A stretch of DNA of 64,000 bases from the NCBI GenBank assembly GCA_965223975.1, contig OZ245031.1:1475606-1539605 (forward strand). Direction: 5' to 3'. Source of the DNA: Pseudomonadales bacterium (GTDB lineage: Bacteria > Pseudomonadota > Gammaproteobacteria > Pseudomonadales > JBECKS01). The notes under the pieces are model-generated. The model saw nothing but the letters and a program-made list of their open reading frames with translations, was not told where the DNA came from and ran no database searches. The number at the start of each line of letters is the position of its first letter. The stretch's first letter is position 1. The translations under genes and the position numbers were made by a program. This document shows, piece by piece, positions 38,017 to 47,598 of this stretch.

Positions 38017-38466
38017 CTAGTCTTTTTTTTCTTGAGTGTCTTGGCGTCTTAGTACTTCGGCTTTGAGCTCTTGGCTCATTCTATTAAAGCCAGATTGTAG
38101 CCTTGTTAACAATAATAGACTGATTAGGGGTGCCAAAAGACCATCTAATCTAAATGTTGATTGATAAAGGGATGTTCCATCATCCAATGCTTCGATCTTA
38201 TGCTCTCGTTTGCTGCTCAATAATATTGGTAGCTTCACGCCGTAGCTCAATAATGAGTGCTTTTGATTTTCGAAAACCGTTTCTTTTTGCGAAATTGGAA
38301 ATGAGAAAAGGTGGACCTTCATTTTGATGCTGGCCCCCGGCTCCAAAGAGCTCTTGCATCGGCTAACGAAGCTGTTCCAATCGCCGTAACATTCAACCTG
38401 GCTTATTACTTCCCAGATCTCATTCGCTGAAGCCTCTATTCGAAACTCATTATTAATTTTAATCAT
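38017..38466 (-). CDS. SRPBCC (START-like) ligand-binding domain protein
   Basis: I.ASANEIWEVI.....Y.DWNSF pattern, C-terminal GF.RM..ELK helix. Confidence 0.8.
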   Translation of the reverse strand: MIKINNEFRIEASANEIWEVISQVECYGDWNSFVSRCKSSLEPGASIKMKVHLFSFPISQKETVFENQKHSLLSYGVKLPILLSSKREHKIEALDDGTSLYQSTFRLDGLLAPLISLLLLTRLQSGFNRMSQELKAEVLRRQDTQEKKD

Positions 38467-38540
38467 AGATACTTTGGTCGAATATTATTCAAGATATTGT
38501 GAACGTGAAATTAATATATGTAAACACATGTTAAAGGTCA

Positions 38541-39314
38541 TCAAGGAAGCTTTATATTGAAACTCTTTTGCCTGTCTAATACCCTTTCTAGGGAGTCATT
38601 TATACCATCAATAGCCTTTTTGTGATTATTTAACGCATCCAGGTAGGCAATTATGTCGTCGGTCGAAACAGATTTGAAAGCATAGAGGTTAATGGCAGCA
38701 TTATAAGCTTTGAGTTGTCCGCTTATATCAGTTTGCGTTGGTAGATGGTATTTGCGTTTATTCCGCTTATCTAAATTATCGTAAGTAAACGATTTAATGT
38801 GATAAATAATTTTTGCTTGAAGCTCGCTTTCGTGATTTAAGCCGTCAAATACATCTATCAGCTTTTGGCGAGTGTTGGATATGGTTTTGCCCTTAATTTT
38901 TTCTTGGTAATCAATAATATTTGAGTGCTGGTGTTTTTGTAGGCTTAGGTTTTGCAATTGATAAAATTTCTGGGCCTCTTCTGAATTTAAAAATTCTTGG
39001 TAGTGGGCGATTTCCTTATTAGATTGGATGTTTTTCTCAAACTCATTGTAAATGGTTAAGGGATGAAACCGAGCGTTCAATTGTTGCTTTAGATTGGATA
39101 GCTCTTTTCGAGAAAGTTTGTACGGTTTTTTTGATAGTAGCTCAATTTCAGATTCAATAATTTTGGGTGATAGATAAATGGCACGCATTAAAGGCGATGC
39201 ATTCTCTGTGTTTGCTTGGGTTGCGTTTTTCTGATTGCCTTCGCTGTAGCTTGTATTTGATATAAGTAAGGCTATAGAAAACACAAGACTGAGAGCTTGT
39301 GACTTAAGGAGCAT
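38541..39314 (-). CDS. Hypothetical secreted helical protein (DUF2059-like)
   Basis: Signal peptide; helical pattern with FLNSEEAQKF and YAFKSVSTDDI.AY; family call tentative. Confidence 0.55.
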   Translation of the reverse strand: MLLKSQALSLVFSIALLISNTSYSEGNQKNATQANTENASPLMRAIYLSPKIIESEIELLSKKPYKLSRKELSNLKQQLNARFHPLTIYNEFEKNIQSNKEIAHYQEFLNSEEAQKFYQLQNLSLQKHQHSNIIDYQEKIKGKTISNTRQKLIDVFDGLNHESELQAKIIYHIKSFTYDNLDKRNKRKYHLPTQTDISGQLKAYNAAINLYAFKSVSTDDIIAYLDALNNHKKAIDGINDSLERVLDRQKSFNIKLP

Positions 39315-39326
39315 ATAATTGTTAGT

Positions 39327-39719
39327 TTAGGCTTCGTCGATTTTTTCTTTTGTTAATAATAATGTCTGTACCAAGGAAAAGTCGCCTTCTACTTTTAATT
39401 TTTGTTCTTGAATCAGATTGAATATTTGGCTTTTATCTTTAGCAATGGCTAATACTGCCTCTAAAGCTATCGATTTGGAAGGAAACAAAACGCATAAATC
39501 ACATTCTTTAGTGCTAGGTTTAAAATAGCTAAGTTTGGACTCTTGAAAGCGAAAGCCCCGAGAAAAGGAATCCTCTTCAATCCGGATATGGATTAAGAAA
39601 CGATCTTCAGCTAGTTCTTGCTTTAGATGAGAGTTGCGTCGATAAGCTAAAAACAGCTTTAACTTCACGCGCAATGAAGCAAACCAAAGTAATGCTGCGA
39701 GTACGATGCCTTGCCCCAT
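39327..39719 (-). CDS. SCP2 (sterol carrier)-like domain protein
   Basis: C-terminal LIQEQKLKVEGDFSLV resembles the SCP2 LxxxGD motif. Confidence 0.6.
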   Translation of the reverse strand: MGQGIVLAALLWFASLRVKLKLFLAYRRNSHLKQELAEDRFLIHIRIEEDSFSRGFRFQESKLSYFKPSTKECDLCVLFPSKSIALEAVLAIAKDKSQIFNLIQEQKLKVEGDFSLVQTLLLTKEKIDEA

Positions 39720-39742
39720 TGAAAAGACCTTTGAGTGAGGTT

Positions 39743-40885
39743 CTAAAAGAGTGAGGGTAGTTCTTTCTGTAAAACCATTTTTTGCTTGGTGGCTTCTCCG
39801 GTCAGCGCAAAACCAAGCAAGCTACCATCAGCACCTACAAACTTTGAAAGCACGTTAGCGCCATCTACTTCTTCCTGCCATTCGCCTTCTGCATCTAGTG
39901 CTGGTGGCGCTGTCACCACTGGGCATACAGGTGTTTTGATAGCTACTGGCATAGGAGGGTAGGCTACTTCCGTCGGTGTTCCGCTAATGGTTTTCGCCAA
40001 GGCTCTTGCTTCTGCCATTAGAGGCAATACGAATAACAGTACGTGCCCTTCTACTTCTGCACAGTCGCCAATGGCGTAAACATTATCCGCGCTGGTTTTT
40101 AATAAACGGTTTGTTTTAATGCCACGATTGACTTCAATACCAGCTGCCTCCGCCAGTTGAATGCGAGGTCGTAGGCCAACAGCTGATAACACAAGGTCGC
40201 CTTCTAGTTGGCGGCCATCTGATAGCTCTAAGCTATAGCCGTTGGCGGTTTTGTTTGCGGCTTTGGCAAATACGCCAAAGTGGAATTTAGTGCCTAGGCT
40301 TTCGAGCCCAGCTTTGACTGCAGCAGAGGCTTGTTCTGGCATAAGCGTTTGAATGGGGCGCTCAACAGGATCGATCACCTCAACTTCAAATCCGCCATTG
40401 CTGAGATCGTTGGCGAACTCACAGCCGATAAGACCGGCACCGATAATCAGTACTTTCTTTTTACCGCCTAGGGCCTCGCGAAATTTAGCGTAGTCGACTA
40501 GGTCGTTAACGCTTAGAACTTCATCAACAGCATCGCCTTCCATCGGAGGTCTAAACACCTCGGCACCTTGAGCAAAAACTAAGTCACCGTATTCAATGGT
40601 ATCGCCGCCAACAGTAAGGGTTTTGGCAGCAGTATCCACCGCATCAACGGTGCAGAAAGTTCGAATGTCTGCATTGAGCTGTTCAGCCATTTTCTCTGGG
40701 TCGCCCATGGACAATTCAGCAGCTGTTTTCTCTTTAGTAAAACCAGTAGACAACATCGGTTTTGAATAATTATGTCCGTCATCGAAAGTAAGCATGATTA
40801 ATTCGCGCTCGGTATCAGCTTTGCGAAATTCTTTGGCCAGGTTGTATCCGGCTAATCCGGTTCCGATGATGACTAATGGTTTCAT
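39743..40885 (-). CDS. rubB: Rubredoxin-NAD(+) reductase
   Basis: IIGTGLAGY, YSKPMLS, IIGAGLIGCEFANDL, YAIGDCAE, PPMPVAIKTP; follows rubredoxin. Confidence 0.93.
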   Translation of the reverse strand: MKPLVIIGTGLAGYNLAKEFRKADTERELIMLTFDDGHNYSKPMLSTGFTKEKTAAELSMGDPEKMAEQLNADIRTFCTVDAVDTAAKTLTVGGDTIEYGDLVFAQGAEVFRPPMEGDAVDEVLSVNDLVDYAKFREALGGKKKVLIIGAGLIGCEFANDLSNGGFEVEVIDPVERPIQTLMPEQASAAVKAGLESLGTKFHFGVFAKAANKTANGYSLELSDGRQLEGDLVLSAVGLRPRIQLAEAAGIEVNRGIKTNRLLKTSADNVYAIGDCAEVEGHVLLFVLPLMAEARALAKTISGTPTEVAYPPMPVAIKTPVCPVVTAPPALDAEGEWQEEVDGANVLSKFVGADGSLLGFALTGEATKQKMVLQKELPSLF

Positions 40886-40940
40886 AATAGTGCCTCTACT
40901 GAAAAAAAATAAAGAGGGCAGGTTTGTTTCCCACCCAAAG

Positions 40941-40967
40941 AAAAAGAGCCTCTTTTGGAGGCTCTTT
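40941..40967 (-). terminator. Intrinsic terminator between rubA and rubB
   Basis: AAAGAGCCTC-TTTTG-GAGGCTCTTT perfect stem with T-tail on the minus strand. Confidence 0.8.
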
Positions 40968-40975
40968 AGGTAGGT

Positions 40976-41140
40976 TTAGATCTTGATCATCTCAAAGTCT
41001 TCTTTACCTACGCCACAATCTGGGCAGTACCAGTCGTCAGGGATGTCTTCCCATTTAGTACCCGGCTCAATTCCGCTATCAGGATCGCCTAGGGCTTCGT
41101 CGTAAATCCAACCACAAATAATACATTCCCACTTACTCAT
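40976..41140 (-). CDS. rubA: Rubredoxin (54 aa)
   Basis: [14 protein letters not shown]...[18 protein letters not shown]; ATG 41140 with GAGG RBS (the 92-aa ORF extension is probably leader). Confidence 0.96.
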   Translation of the reverse strand: MSKWECIICGWIYDEALGDPDSGIEPGTKWEDIPDDWYCPDCGVGKEDFEMIKI

Positions 41141-41468
41141 TACATTTACCTCATATACATAGGATTGAGAGTTGTCAGATATTAAAATGCTCTGCAACAT
41201 CAAGTTCGCCATCACTTGTTTAGGCTTGAGGTGGGGCGATAGCCTTGATATCAATCCTGGACACAGCGATTTTTGAAGCGGTGCTCAGCTCCCGCCTCGA
41301 GAGGGCTATAAAGTACGCATAGCTAGGGAAAAAGCAATAGTCTAATTGCATGAATTGCTGTGATCTTGCGCCAGATTGCTCAAGGTGATTTTTGGCTCTC
41401 CTTAGGCGAATAGGCTAGAATCGCCTCGATTTTCAAAGGCCATTTTCTATCCAAGGAAGCCAAATTGC

Positions 41469-42032
41469 ATGTCTAGTCAAAAAGGTAGTGATTCCCCTGC
41501 ATCGGCTTGGAAAAATTGGGGAGATTGGGCCCCGGATGAACCCTCCGAAACCAGGAAAGCCGACCTTGAGGACGCGAGCTCCTTGACTCAACGATTGATC
41601 CAAGCCAGTGGAGGTGATTTTAGGGTCCAAGTTGTGAATCAGGACTGGGAACAGGTTGCTGATGACGAGGCCAAGGTTTTAGGCTTAGCTGTGGGTGAGC
41701 AGGCCTTGGTACGAGAAGTAGAGCTAGTGTGCAATGGGCAAGCCTGGGTCTTAGCACGAAGTGTCATCCCAAAGAGCAGTTTGCAGGACCGATTAGCGGA
41801 TATTACTGAGCTAGGGGCGAAGCCCTTAGGCGCTATGTTGTTTAAGGAGCCCAGTTTGGAAAGAACTTCCTTTGAAATCCGCCGATTTAATGAGGCTTCG
41901 CTTCGAAGCTTGGGCCACTTTAACTTGGATAAGTGGCAGCCCGCATGGGGGCGTCGTTCAGTGTTTCGAGTGGAGGGTCTTCCTGTCTTAGTAGCCGAGA
42001 TCTTCTTAGATTCTTGTCCCTCGCTACGCTAG
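41469..42032 (+). CDS. ubiC: Chorismate pyruvate-lyase
   Basis: SLTQRL, VREVEL, WVLARSVIP, LG.KPLG..LF, RRS.F....PVLVAEIF. Confidence 0.92.
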   Translation: MSSQKGSDSPASAWKNWGDWAPDEPSETRKADLEDASSLTQRLIQASGGDFRVQVVNQDWEQVADDEAKVLGLAVGEQALVREVELVCNGQAWVLARSVIPKSSLQDRLADITELGAKPLGAMLFKEPSLERTSFEIRRFNEASLRSLGHFNLDKWQPAWGRRSVFRVEGLPVLVAEIFLDSCPSLR

Positions 42033-42116
42033 GCCTTTGAGAACCACGTCCTAGCTAATCCGCCCCAAGCAATGCCTTAAGCAAAGAAAGGCAAAAGCCA
42101 CTATAATGCCGCTGCT

Positions 42117-43028
42117 ATGACAGGTAACCAATTTCAAATAAAACAGCCACTCAAAGAACGGCTTGATACGATTCATCCGCGTATTTGGGATTTCGTAGAA
42201 TTAATCCGCTTAGATAAACCTATTGGCATCTATTTACTCCTTTGGCCAACGGCTTGGGCATTGTTTATCGCAGGCAATGGAGAGCCGGGTTTGCGTATGA
42301 CTTTAATCTTTTTTGCCGGTGTTATTTTGATGCGCTCGGCAGGATGTGCGATCAATGATTTTGCCGACCGCCATTTAGATGGGCAGGTCGAACGCACCAA
42401 AAATCGACCCTTGGTAACGGGTCGTATGCGATCCTGGGAAGCTCTAGCCTGTGCGGCGGTGTTGGTCATTATTGCTTTTATACTGGTGCTGCAAGTTAAC
42501 CTTTTGACGGTGTACTGGTCGATGGGTGCGTTGGCGATTGCTAGCATTTATCCTTTTATGAAACGTTACACCCATTTGCCCCAGGTGGTGCTCGGTGCAG
42601 CTTTTGCTTGGTCAGTGCCCATGGCCTTTACCGCTTTGCAAGATGGTATTAAAGATGAAGCTTGGCTTATTTATATCGCAACTGTACTTTGGACCATTGC
42701 TTACGACACGATGTATGCCATGGTCGATCGTGAGGATGATTTAAAAGTGGGTATAAAATCGACGGCTATTCTTTTTGGTGATGCGGATAAAATTATTATT
42801 GGCTGCTTACAACTTTTAACCGTAGTGAGTCTATTTATGTTGGGACAAAAGGTAGAGCTTACTTGGCCTTATTATTTGTCTCTCTTTGCGGCCGCGGCAT
42901 TATTTGCTTACCAACAATATCTGATTAAAGATCGTCAAGGTGATTTATGCTTTGCTGCATTTAAGAATAATCATTGGGTGGGTTTGGTTGTATTTGTAGG
43001 TATAGCGGGTCACTTTTTTCTTCAATAA
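42117..43028 (+). CDS. ubiA: 4-hydroxybenzoate polyprenyltransferase
   Basis: RLDKPIG..LLLWP, MRSAGCAINDFADR..D..V.RT..RPL, YDT.YAMVDREDD.K.GIKSTA. Confidence 0.96.
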   Translation: MTGNQFQIKQPLKERLDTIHPRIWDFVELIRLDKPIGIYLLLWPTAWALFIAGNGEPGLRMTLIFFAGVILMRSAGCAINDFADRHLDGQVERTKNRPLVTGRMRSWEALACAAVLVIIAFILVLQVNLLTVYWSMGALAIASIYPFMKRYTHLPQVVLGAAFAWSVPMAFTALQDGIKDEAWLIYIATVLWTIAYDTMYAMVDREDDLKVGIKSTAILFGDADKIIIGCLQLLTVVSLFMLGQKVELTWPYYLSLFAAAALFAYQQYLIKDRQGDLCFAAFKNNHWVGLVVFVGIAGHFFLQ

Positions 43029-43043
43029 AAAGAATAGATATCT

Positions 43044-43568
43044 ATGCAAAATTTATTGAAAACCTTGGATGGTTTAAGTCTTCGTTTAGGGCGAACGGTG
43101 AGTTACCTTTTGCTCGCCATGGTCTTGGTTACAGTATCAGTGGTTGTCATTCGTTATGTGTTTCAGTCGGGTTCGATCGTGATGCAAGAGTCGATTACTT
43201 ATTTACACGCAAGTCTTTTGATTTTAGCAATGGCTTATTGTTTGCAAGAGGGTGGCCACGTTCGCGTTGATATTTTTTATCAAAAAATGAACAAGAAAAA
43301 ACAAGCACTGGTCAATATCGTTGGCTCTGTATTTTTACTCGTTCCTTTTTGTATATTTACACTTTGGATCTCTTTGCCTTATGTAGAGCGATCATGGACT
43401 ATTCTTGAAAAGTCAGCCGACGCAGGTGGAATACCAGCGGTGTTTCTATTGAAGTCTCTATTGATTGCTTTGCCTGTACTGTTATTTATACAGGCGCTGA
43501 TTGAGATACTTAGAAACGTTTTGGTGCTCAAAGGCGTACAGACAGTAGAAACAGGCGAGGGCGAATAA
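43044..43568 (+). CDS. TRAP transporter small permease (DctQ family)
   Basis: Four TM segments, AYCL..GGHVRVDIFY motif. Confidence 0.9.
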   Translation: MQNLLKTLDGLSLRLGRTVSYLLLAMVLVTVSVVVIRYVFQSGSIVMQESITYLHASLLILAMAYCLQEGGHVRVDIFYQKMNKKKQALVNIVGSVFLLVPFCIFTLWISLPYVERSWTILEKSADAGGIPAVFLLKSLLIALPVLLFIQALIEILRNVLVLKGVQTVETGEGE

Positions 43569-44939
43569 ATGGAAATCGTTGCGCTTTTATTATTTGCCTC
43601 TGTTTGTTTGGTTCTGTTATTTGGCTACCCCGTTGCTTTTACCTTAGCGGGGGTGTCTCTGATTTTTGCTTTAGCCGGTTCAGCTTTCGATATTTTTGAT
43701 ATCACTTATCTCAGTGCCTTTCCTAGTCGTGTATTCGGTGTTTTAACTAATCAAACTTTAATTGCGGTACCTCTTTTTGTATTGATGGGGGTGGTGCTAG
43801 AACGTTCTAAAATCGCAGAAGATTTATTGGACACGATGGCCAAATTATTTGGTCGTTACCCAGGAGGTTTAGCGGTATCGGTCACTTTGGTAGGCGCTTT
43901 ATTGGCAGCGAGTACTGGCATTGTGGGCGCGACAGTAGTGACTATGGGATTGATGTCTTTGCCTACAATGTTGCGCCGTGGTTATTCGCCAGAATTTGCG
44001 GCGGGTAGTATTTGCGCCACAGGAACCTTAGGACAAATTATCCCGCCATCGATTGCTTTGGTTTTATTGGGTGATGTATTGGCCAATGCTTATCAACAAG
44101 CTCAACTCAGTATGGGTATCTTTTCGCCAAAAACAGTTTCCGTTGGCGATCTGTTTATGGGAGCGCTTTTGCCAGGTTTATTATTGGTAGGCTTATATCT
44201 CGCTTACATTTTGTCGATTGCACTTTTAAAACCGGAGCAGGTTCCTCCTTTGCCCGAAGAGGAACGACAAAGTGATAATTTATTGGTGGAAGTCTTTAAA
44301 AGTTTACTGCCACCTCTGGTGCTGATCATTCTAGTTTTGGGTTCAATTATTGGCGGTTTCGCAACACCAACTGAGGCAGCTTCGGTCGGTGCATTTGGAG
44401 CGATCGTTTTGGCCCTGCTGAAGAGACAGCTTTCGTTTCCAGTTTTAAAAGAAACACTGCAATCGGCCACGCAAATCACCAGTATGGTGTTTATGATTCT
44501 AATTGGCGCTGCCTTGTTCTCGATTGTATTCAGAGGTTACGGTGGTGACGAACTTATTCGCGAGTTTTTTGACGCATTACCAGGAGGTGTTTTTACAGCC
44601 TGTTTGCTGGTCATGGTGATCATCTTCTTGCTCGGTTTTATTTTGGACTTTATTGAAATTACCTTTGTGGTGATTCCAATTGTTGCGCCAGTTTTGCTAG
44701 CGATGGGTGTCGATCCAATTTGGTTGGGTATTATGATCGCGATTAATTTACAGACATCATTCTTAACCCCTCCCTTTGGTTTTGCCCTGTTTTATTTAAG
44801 GGGAGTCGCGCCACCAGAATTGGGAACTGCCCAGCTGTATCGTGGTGTAGTGCCTTTTATCGGTATTCAGTTGTTTGCCTTGGCTTTGATCGCTATGTTT
44901 CCCGCAATTGCTACCTGGCTACCTGCTGTATTAAAGTAA
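43569..44939 (+). CDS. TRAP transporter large permease (DctM family)
   Basis: AVPLFVLMG..LERS, ATGTLGQIIPPSI, TPTEAA, TSFLTPPFGFALFYLRGV. Confidence 0.92.
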   Translation: MEIVALLLFASVCLVLLFGYPVAFTLAGVSLIFALAGSAFDIFDITYLSAFPSRVFGVLTNQTLIAVPLFVLMGVVLERSKIAEDLLDTMAKLFGRYPGGLAVSVTLVGALLAASTGIVGATVVTMGLMSLPTMLRRGYSPEFAAGSICATGTLGQIIPPSIALVLLGDVLANAYQQAQLSMGIFSPKTVSVGDLFMGALLPGLLLVGLYLAYILSIALLKPEQVPPLPEEERQSDNLLVEVFKSLLPPLVLIILVLGSIIGGFATPTEAASVGAFGAIVLALLKRQLSFPVLKETLQSATQITSMVFMILIGAALFSIVFRGYGGDELIREFFDALPGGVFTACLLVMVIIFLLGFILDFIEITFVVIPIVAPVLLAMGVDPIWLGIMIAINLQTSFLTPPFGFALFYLRGVAPPELGTAQLYRGVVPFIGIQLFALALIAMFPAIATWLPAVLK

Positions 44940-44954
44940 GGGTCTCTACCTTAG

Positions 44955-45359
44955 GTGATAAATATGTCTGTTTCTGAAGATACTCCAAGCCCACGTGGCG
45001 AATTGACCCTTAAGATCATTGCCTCTGCTAATGACGCTAACACCATGGGCGATATTTATGCGGGTTGGATCGTATCCCAGATGGATTTAGCGGGCTCTTT
45101 ATACTCCGAGCGTCGAGCAAATGGTCGGGTTGCGACAGTATCCATGAGCGCCATGGCTTTTTTATCGCCGGTGAAAGTGGGCAGTACAGTGAGCTTTTAT
45201 ACGGATTTTGTGAATATTGGCCGTAGTTCCCTAGAGGTTCATATCGATGTTTGGGCCAGCGACAGTGCTTCCTATGAGCAGCGTAAAGTCAGTGATGGCA
45301 CCTTAACCTTCGTGGCTATTGATAAGAATGGCCGAACTCGCGCTTTGCCCCAGCGCTAA
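44955..45359 (+). CDS. yciA: Acyl-CoA thioesterase (YciA-like hotdog fold)
   Basis: DAN..GDIYAGWIVSQMDLAG, GRVATV, F..PVKVG, TFVAID..GR. Confidence 0.88.
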   Translation: MINMSVSEDTPSPRGELTLKIIASANDANTMGDIYAGWIVSQMDLAGSLYSERRANGRVATVSMSAMAFLSPVKVGSTVSFYTDFVNIGRSSLEVHIDVWASDSASYEQRKVSDGTLTFVAIDKNGRTRALPQR

Positions 45360-45376
45360 GTTAGATAACTGAGCCT

Positions 45377-45652
45377 TTAAGACCTGGTTACCTTAACCAC
45401 TTTCATGGTTTCAAAGTCCATGCCACCCACTTGCTGCGTTTCAGGGTAGTAAGAAAGGTTTACCCTAGCCCCTTTTAAGCTCTTGTACTGTTTTTTTCGT
45501 TTGTAGCGAAAGGGTGTCTCACAGCCTTCTATCATTAGCGTGTTTTGTATCCAGTCACCATTGTTGCGCTGTACATGAGATAGCACCTTTTTATCGGTAC
45601 TTAGGGTTAGTTCAGGGTGCTTTTCAGTGAGGGATTTACTGTCGGAGGGCAT
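45377..45652 (-). CDS. Small conserved-looking hypothetical protein
   Basis: 91-aa ORF with AGGAG RBS; no family recognised. Confidence 0.7.
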   Translation of the reverse strand: MPSDSKSLTEKHPELTLSTDKKVLSHVQRNNGDWIQNTLMIEGCETPFRYKRKKQYKSLKGARVNLSYYPETQQVGGMDFETMKVVKVTRS

Positions 45653-45919
45653 AGATCGTACTTAGGAGTATTAGTTAGGTGGTTTAAGCTAGGTTAAAAT
45701 TTTGCTAGCTGGCGTCATATTAACACAAAATGGGCTGGCAAAGGTCTCCAGGGGACCTGCCATTGCTGCTTTCTAGCTCATATTCATCTTTTATATAGCC
45801 AGCATAATAATTATAAATTGTATTTATTTAAGCGCTTTCCCTAGTATTCCCATCAGCGAAATACGCCTGGTTTGTTTCTTGGCGTGGCTGTAATTCTTCA
45901 AATTAAGGTGTGTTTTATT

Positions 45920-47512
45920 ATGTCTAACTATAAATCTGAAATAGATACTCTTGCTTCCACTATTGGCGCCCAAGACACTTGGGGAGCGATTAGCCCTGAG
46001 TCTGCTGCTCGTATGCGTCTTCAAAACCAATTCAAAACTGGCCTAGATATCGCTCGTTACACTGCCGACATCATGCGTGCAGATATGGATCGTTACGATG
46101 CTGACAGCTCTCAATACACTCAATCTTTGGGTTGCTGGCACGGTTTTATCGGTCAACAAAAAATGATTTCTATCAAGAAGCATTTCAACAGCACTGACCG
46201 TCGCTACCTTTACCTTTCTGGCTGGATGGTTGCAGCACTTCGCTCTGACTTCGGTCCTCTTCCTGACCAGTCTATGCATGAGAAAACTTCTGTAGCCGGT
46301 TTGATCGAAGAGCTTTACACCTTCTTACGCCAAGCTGACGCTCGTGAGCTTGGTGGTCTTTTCCGTGAGCTAGACGCTGCACGTGAAGCTGGTGATGCTG
46401 CTGCTGAGAAAGCGGTTCAAGAAAAAATTGACGGACACGTGACTCACGTTGTGCCCATCATTGCTGACATCGACGCTGGTTTTGGTAACGCTGAAGCAAC
46501 TTACCTAATGGCTAAGCAAATGATCGAAGCCGGTGCTTGCTGTATTCAAATCGAAAACCAAGTATCTGACGAAAAACAATGTGGTCACCAAGACGGTAAA
46601 GTAACCGTTCCTCATGAAGACTTCTTAGCTAAGATTCGTGCGATTCGTTACGCGTTCTTAGAACTAGGTGTGGATAACGGCGTTATCGTTGCACGTACTG
46701 ACTCTCTAGGTGCTGGCCTAACTAAGCAAATCGCTGTGACTAAAGAGCCAGGCGATCTAGGTGATCAATACAACGCATTCTTAGACTGCGAAGAAGTATC
46801 ACCTGCGGACATGAACAACGGTGACGTTGTGATTAACCGTGAAGGTAAATTGCTTCGCCCTAAGCGTCTTCCTTCTAATCTTTTCCAATTCAAACAAGGA
46901 ACTGGTGAAGCGCGTTGTGTTCTTGACTGTATTACTAGTCTTCAAAACGGTGCTGATCTTCTTTGGATCGAAACAGAGAAGCCTCACGTGGGTCAAATCG
47001 GTGGCATGGTAAACGAAATTCGTAAAGTTATTCCTAACGCGAAATTGGTTTACAACAACAGCCCATCTTTCAACTGGACTTTGAACTTCCGTCAGCAAGT
47101 ATTTGATGCGTGGGCTGAAGAAGGTAAAGATGTTTCTGCTTACGATCGTGATAAGTTGATGAGCGAAGAGTATGACGAAACGGAATTGAGTGTTGAAGCT
47201 GATAAGCGTATTCAATCTTTCCAAGCGGACGCTGCTCGTGAAGCGGGTATCTTCCACCACTTGATCACTCTACCTACTTACCACACTGCAGCATTGTCTA
47301 CTGACAACCTAGCTAAAGAGTATTTCGGTGACCAAGGTATGTTGGGTTATGTTAAAGGCGTTCAACGTAAAGAGATCCGTCAAGGTATCGCCTGCGTTAA
47401 GCACCAAAACATGGCCGGTTCTGATATGGGCGACGACCATAAAGAATACTTTGCTGGCGAAGCTGCACTTAAAGCGGCTGGTAAAGATAACACCATGAAC
47501 CAATTCTCTTAA
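45920..47512 (+). CDS. aceA: Isocitrate lyase (long, Pseudomonas-type)
   Basis: YLSGWMVA, PIIADIDAGFG, QIENQVSDEKQCGHQDGKV, WIETEKP, YNNSPSFNW; ATG 45920 with AAGG RBS. Confidence 0.96.
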   Translation: MSNYKSEIDTLASTIGAQDTWGAISPESAARMRLQNQFKTGLDIARYTADIMRADMDRYDADSSQYTQSLGCWHGFIGQQKMISIKKHFNSTDRRYLYLSGWMVAALRSDFGPLPDQSMHEKTSVAGLIEELYTFLRQADARELGGLFRELDAAREAGDAAAEKAVQEKIDGHVTHVVPIIADIDAGFGNAEATYLMAKQMIEAGACCIQIENQVSDEKQCGHQDGKVTVPHEDFLAKIRAIRYAFLELGVDNGVIVARTDSLGAGLTKQIAVTKEPGDLGDQYNAFLDCEEVSPADMNNGDVVINREGKLLRPKRLPSNLFQFKQGTGEARCVLDCITSLQNGADLLWIETEKPHVGQIGGMVNEIRKVIPNAKLVYNNSPSFNWTLNFRQQVFDAWAEEGKDVSAYDRDKLMSEEYDETELSVEADKRIQSFQADAAREAGIFHHLITLPTYHTAALSTDNLAKEYFGDQGMLGYVKGVQRKEIRQGIACVKHQNMAGSDMGDDHKEYFAGEAALKAAGKDNTMNQFS

Positions 47513-47529
47513 TTTTAAGGGTTTTATTG

Positions 47530-47558
47530 AAAAGGGCTGCATTGCAGCCCTTTTTTTT
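47530..47558 (+). terminator. Intrinsic terminator of aceA
   Basis: AAAAGGGCTGCATTGCAGCCCTTTTTTTT. Confidence 0.92.
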
Positions 47559-47598
47559 GTCCTGCATTTTTGTAAAATATCGAAACGAGATTTTTTAG

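Noticed and set aside
41141-41254. 38-aa N-terminal extension of rubredoxin in the ORF track
   Set aside because: RBS precedes ATG 41140 and rubredoxins are about 54 aa; similar over-extensions were trimmed for aceA, cydB, pilE and the CsoR-family gene
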